Assembly: GCF_006345805.1 (NCBI RefSeq)
Contig: NW_021835551.1
Location: 1 to 39,686 of the forward strand
DNA length: 39,686 nucleotides
Direction of reading: 5' to 3'
From: Octopus sinensis
Taxonomy: Eukaryota
Position 1 is the stretch's first letter. Every line of letters starts with the position of its first letter. This document shows, in pieces, positions 35,448-39,686 of this stretch. The notes under the pieces were generated by a model. It did no database searches. It was not told the origin of the DNA and was given only the letters and a program-made list of their open reading frames with translations. A program made the translations under genes and the position numbers.

Positions 35448-36214
35448 AATATATATAAACAATTCCTTCCTTTACCAGTTTATATAACTGACCATCGAAC
35501 AAACTACCTGTATTCTTTCCTAGCTATCTGCCAATCTGCCAATCTGCCAATCTGCCAATCGAGCAATGAGGCAATCTCCGAGAGAACACCTCGCTGTCAG
35601 TCTCCCTGTCTTGTCTGCTGGTCCAAATAATGATCGATGATCGCATGCAACTACATCGAAATGCGGAGGATTTCCCAGTCTCCCTGTTGCACACCAGACA
35701 ACCACTGCTGTCAACAGAGTAGCACCGGGGCAGCATTGCCATTTCTACAACAAACCCATACGCCGCCAGCTTCCATGCATCAACCATACCATTCTTCATT
35801 GACAGAAATTCTAAAACGTATACCTGCCTAAATTAGGAAAGAAGAGGAAAAAAAACTTCACAAATCTACGAATCAGGTATGTATAATAATATAAATATAT
35901 TTAGATATATAGATAGATAGATAGATAGATAGATAAATATATATGTATAGATAGAGGTGTAGATAGAAGCAGTTTACTATCGGCTTGAACATGTGGGTAT
36001 TTATTTCAACATCTGTTGGTTTCGTATCTACATCCATGTTTCTTTCCTTTCGAGTGTGCGTGTGTGTATAGGTACAGATACTTATATGCGTGCATTTATG
36101 TATATTTAATTGTGTGAGCACACACATAAATTCACACACACACAACATACAAACATCCATCCATCCATCCATCCAGCCATCCATACATACATACATATAT
36201 ACATATATATATAC

Positions 36215-36311
<97 letters not shown>

Positions 36312-36618
36312 ATATGCATATATATATATATATAAACATATGCATATATATGCGTATATGCGTACGTATGTATATATATATATATGTATATATATAATTG
36401 TGTATGATACGTATTTACATAACAAATATATAGATAAGGAGAAATAGATAGGCGTACATGTGTGCATGAACACACGCGCAGACTCACGCACACCCACACA
36501 TACACACACAAACATATATGATTTGTCTTATTCGTTCATAGATACCTATGCACGCGCGCGCGTGCTTATAGATGCATACGTATACAAGCATACAGTCACG
36601 CACGCATACACAAGGAAA

Positions 36619-36663
<45 letters not shown>

Positions 36664-36748
36664 TTACGCACCCATGTTTATATGTTTGTGAGCGTATTTG
36701 TTGTTTACTGAATAACGTAGAGAGATGCTAAGAGAGAAAAGAAAAGAA

Positions 36749-36788
<40 letters not shown>

Positions 36789-36823
36789 AGCCGGGAATAA
36801 ATTCAGGGAGAAGTAAAAGAGAG

Positions 36824-36858
<35 letters not shown>

Positions 36859-37008
36859 GAGAGAAAGGGAGAGAAAAACAGCATTGCTATAGAAATATAG
36901 AATTGCGGTGAAAATATAGCAGCGTTCTTTATTCTGTAATAACTGCTTTTACCAAAACAGCACCGAACGAAAACACAGCCATATCTATATCACTAGTAGT
37001 AGTAGTAA

Positions 37009-37050
<42 letters not shown>

Positions 37051-37369
37051 CAGTTTAAGGGCGATGTGCTGGTTGTGGAGGTATCTTCCCTTAATTCTTC
37101 GAATCGCAATTGTTCCCTAATATTTTACATATTTCGTACCAGCCTCTAAAAAAAATCATTGTTTGCGAAATCTTTAGAAAAAGGCGGCACCTGCTTATTT
37201 AGTTGGAGCTTTTGTGCTTATATTTCAATAAACGGATGCGCACACGTGTGTTGTATTGTGTACATGTGTGTGAGTGTTTCTGTGTGTATGTGTGTATGTG
37301 TGTGTGTGTGCGCGTGTATCTACGCACACGCATCACAGATTCACACACATGTACCGAAGGAAAGATATA

Positions 37370-37411
<42 letters not shown>

Positions 37412-37527
37412 TATATATATGCATACATATATATATACATATATATATATGTGTATATATAAAATATATATGTATATATATATTCATATATACATACATA
37501 TATATATATTTATATTCATATACATAA

Positions 37528-37577
<50 letters not shown>

Positions 37578-37691
37578 ATATATATATGTGTGTGTATATA
37601 TAAATATATATGTATATTATATATTCATATATATATACATACTTATATATATTTATATATACACGTACATATATATACATATTCTTATATT

Positions 37692-37890
37692 TTTTACTTG
37701 TTGCAATTAATTCACTGCGGCCATGCTGGAGCATCGCCTTAAAGGATTTTAGTCGAAGAAATCGACCAGAAGACTTACACTTTGTAAGCCTTGTTCTTAT
37801 TCTACCAGTACCTTCTGCCGAACCGCTACATTACGTGGACGTAAGCACACCAGTATCGGTTGTCAAGTGATGGCCTGTGGGAGGAAACAA
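37692..37890 (-). mobile_element. 3' half of SINE family B
   Basis: tcactgcggccatgctggagcatcgcctt...tgccgaaccgct...caccagtatcggttgtcaag. Confidence 0.75.
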
Positions 37891-38197
37891 ACACACTCAC
37901 ACACACACACGCACATAAATATATACATACGTACATACATACATACATATATATGTGTGTATGTGTGTAGGCAGCCATTCCTACCAAAATTCTTATAAAT
38001 TCTTCCTATGACCTTAAACAATACTAAGCCCAACCACACACATAGATAAACAGCCACAACCACACACACACACACACGTGCTATCCTTACACACACACAG
38101 ACCTGCGCGCACGCTCATACCCACACACCTCCTTCTCTTGCACTCTCCTGTCTTAGAAAGAACTTTTTCTTCACCCACTCCTTTCCGCTTATTCAAT

Positions 38198-38300
38198 ATG
38201 TGACCGCGTCTGTATCGTTGGCGATTTTCTTTCTCCGTCTTCCCTTCTTTGGACTTTTTCTATATTTCTGACGAAGAGCTCCGCCCGAAACGTGAAAGCA
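38198..38300 (+). mobile_element. Truncated copy of the hammerhead-bearing element
   Basis: Collinear with 32752-32860; similarity is lost right after the ribozyme motif. Confidence 0.65.
38265..38297 (+). ncRNA. Minimal type-I hammerhead ribozyme-like motif (intact CUGACGA core; G at the cleavage position; stem II mismatch)
   Basis: ttt-CTGACGA-A-GAGC-tcc-GCCC-GAAAC-GT-G-aaa. Confidence 0.6.
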
Positions 38301-38697
38301 TGTTCCTTTACTTCAATACTCCTTTATTGATACCAGTATATACCAATTAATCAATATTCACAGATACCCTCTGATGAGTTAGTATTTAAGTGTACATCCT
38401 CCCTCTATTGTGGTAAGAAGTTTGGTATATACTCAAAAGTATTCATAACTTTCTATCCTTTTGTTATAATTCTTCTTAATAATCCTCTGAATAACCCTAA
38501 ACTTTAACTGTATACAATATAGCAACATCGTTCGAAATATTTAACTATAGTACTACATGATAAAACTTCCCCTGTTTCATTATCAATGGTCTGCTAGTGG
38601 GCGACCCGCTTAATTGTCAGTTAACACCTTGTTTTAAGTTTTCCTTTACCAAACCTCATGATATTGCTTGTAATAAATCTTGATTTTTATGACTATA

Positions 38698-39205
38698 CCA
38701 ACTATGGTGTCTGTCTCCTCCCTCAGCCCTACTCCTAACAGATACTGCCCTCTGTTCTCTCAGCCTTAGATATAAAATGATTTGATAAACTAGTCTATAA
38801 ATTAAAACTGACCCCATAAAAACAAAAAAAATCAGTGACAGGCAAAGTCTGTAACAATGTATATCTTCTTGACAACTTAGTAATTTCTATGCTAGAGAGG
38901 AGACAGCATGTTCTTTGTCTATTTCCTTAACTTCTTGAAGATTTTAGGCATAATTATACTAATGTGTCCATCTGTTCTAATTTAACTAAATTCTGTCTTG
39001 GTGCAGCTGAGGATTGTTCTGCATTTTAAATTGATGTAATGACTGCATTGTTCAATTAAATGGAGTTGTAAAAAACGATCGTACTGCATTATCTCTGGAT
39101 ATCTTTGTTGGTTATTTTGATTTTAATCACATTACTTTGAAATTGTATGGATAATACCGTACTATATTCTGGTGCCTCAACTTAAGTACCATATTGATCT
39201 GAATC
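38698..39205. repeat. Second copy of the old dispersed segment seen at 12490-13000
   Basis: Collinear shared blocks as listed for 12490-13000. Confidence 0.75.
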
Positions 39206-39237
39206 TATCTACCTATCTATGTATCTATGTATGTATG

Positions 39238-39281
<44 letters not shown>

Positions 39282-39308
39282 ATCTATCTATCTATCTATC
39301 GACCTATC

Positions 39309-39343
<35 letters not shown>

Positions 39344-39686
39344 TATATATTATATATATAATATAATATATATATATATCTTACGTATATATATAGACAT
39401 ATTATATATACGTAATATATATATAGACGTTGTGTCTGTGTGTGTGTTTGTATGCGCACATGAGAATGAGTGCATAACACGATGTTGGTGCATGGATATT
39501 CTTCAATTGGTGGTTAAGAAGGCTACCATTGGTTTCATGCCGAATTTAAGTACTATTCTTATCCAAGATAAAGACCAATGTCAGCGTTCCATGTCACAAG
39601 CTTAATTATTGTTTCAGAGATTCCTCTAAGCATGAAGACAGCAGTAGCTTTGTTAACCCACAAAACATTTACATATATATGTATTA

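Noticed and set aside
38370-38400. CTGATGAG just downstream of the hammerhead element
   Set aside because: No GAAA or closing stem II follows.
247-39605. Numerous YI/CV/HT/MYV-rich ORFs
   Set aside because: They are artefacts of (TA)n, (CA)n and (TATG)n microsatellites.

Overview
This is a 39.7 kb eukaryotic, AT-rich, microsatellite-saturated window in which I can support no host protein-coding gene. The SINE families and repeat landscape look like an octopus or other coleoid cephalopod genome; that is an inference from recalled repeat sequences, not a database check. Nearly all long ORFs in the track are low-complexity artefacts. Recognisable content is decayed mobile DNA: (i) a ~4.7 kb Tx1/L1-clade LINE (21.7-26.4 kb, +) with a three-monomer 5' region, a CCHC-knuckle ORF1 and an APE-endonuclease + RT ORF2; (ii) a 5'-truncated CR1-group LINE (18.15-19.44 kb, -); (iii) three R4/Dong-clade LINE fragments, two of them carrying the REL endonuclease and stacked in one (TAA)n tract; (iv) four tRNA-derived SINE families; (v) a Helitron-like non-autonomous element and a MITE-like hairpin. 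The most notable observations are three short elements (two bounded by (TA)n tracts) that each contain a singly or doubly mutated minimal type-I hammerhead ribozyme, the Tx1 element starting inside a SINE tRNA-like head, an inverted-repeat-bounded cassette at 12.36-13.11 kb, and a perfect 21-bp-arm palindrome at 8144-8188. Coordinates were read by eye and boundaries may be off by a few bases.
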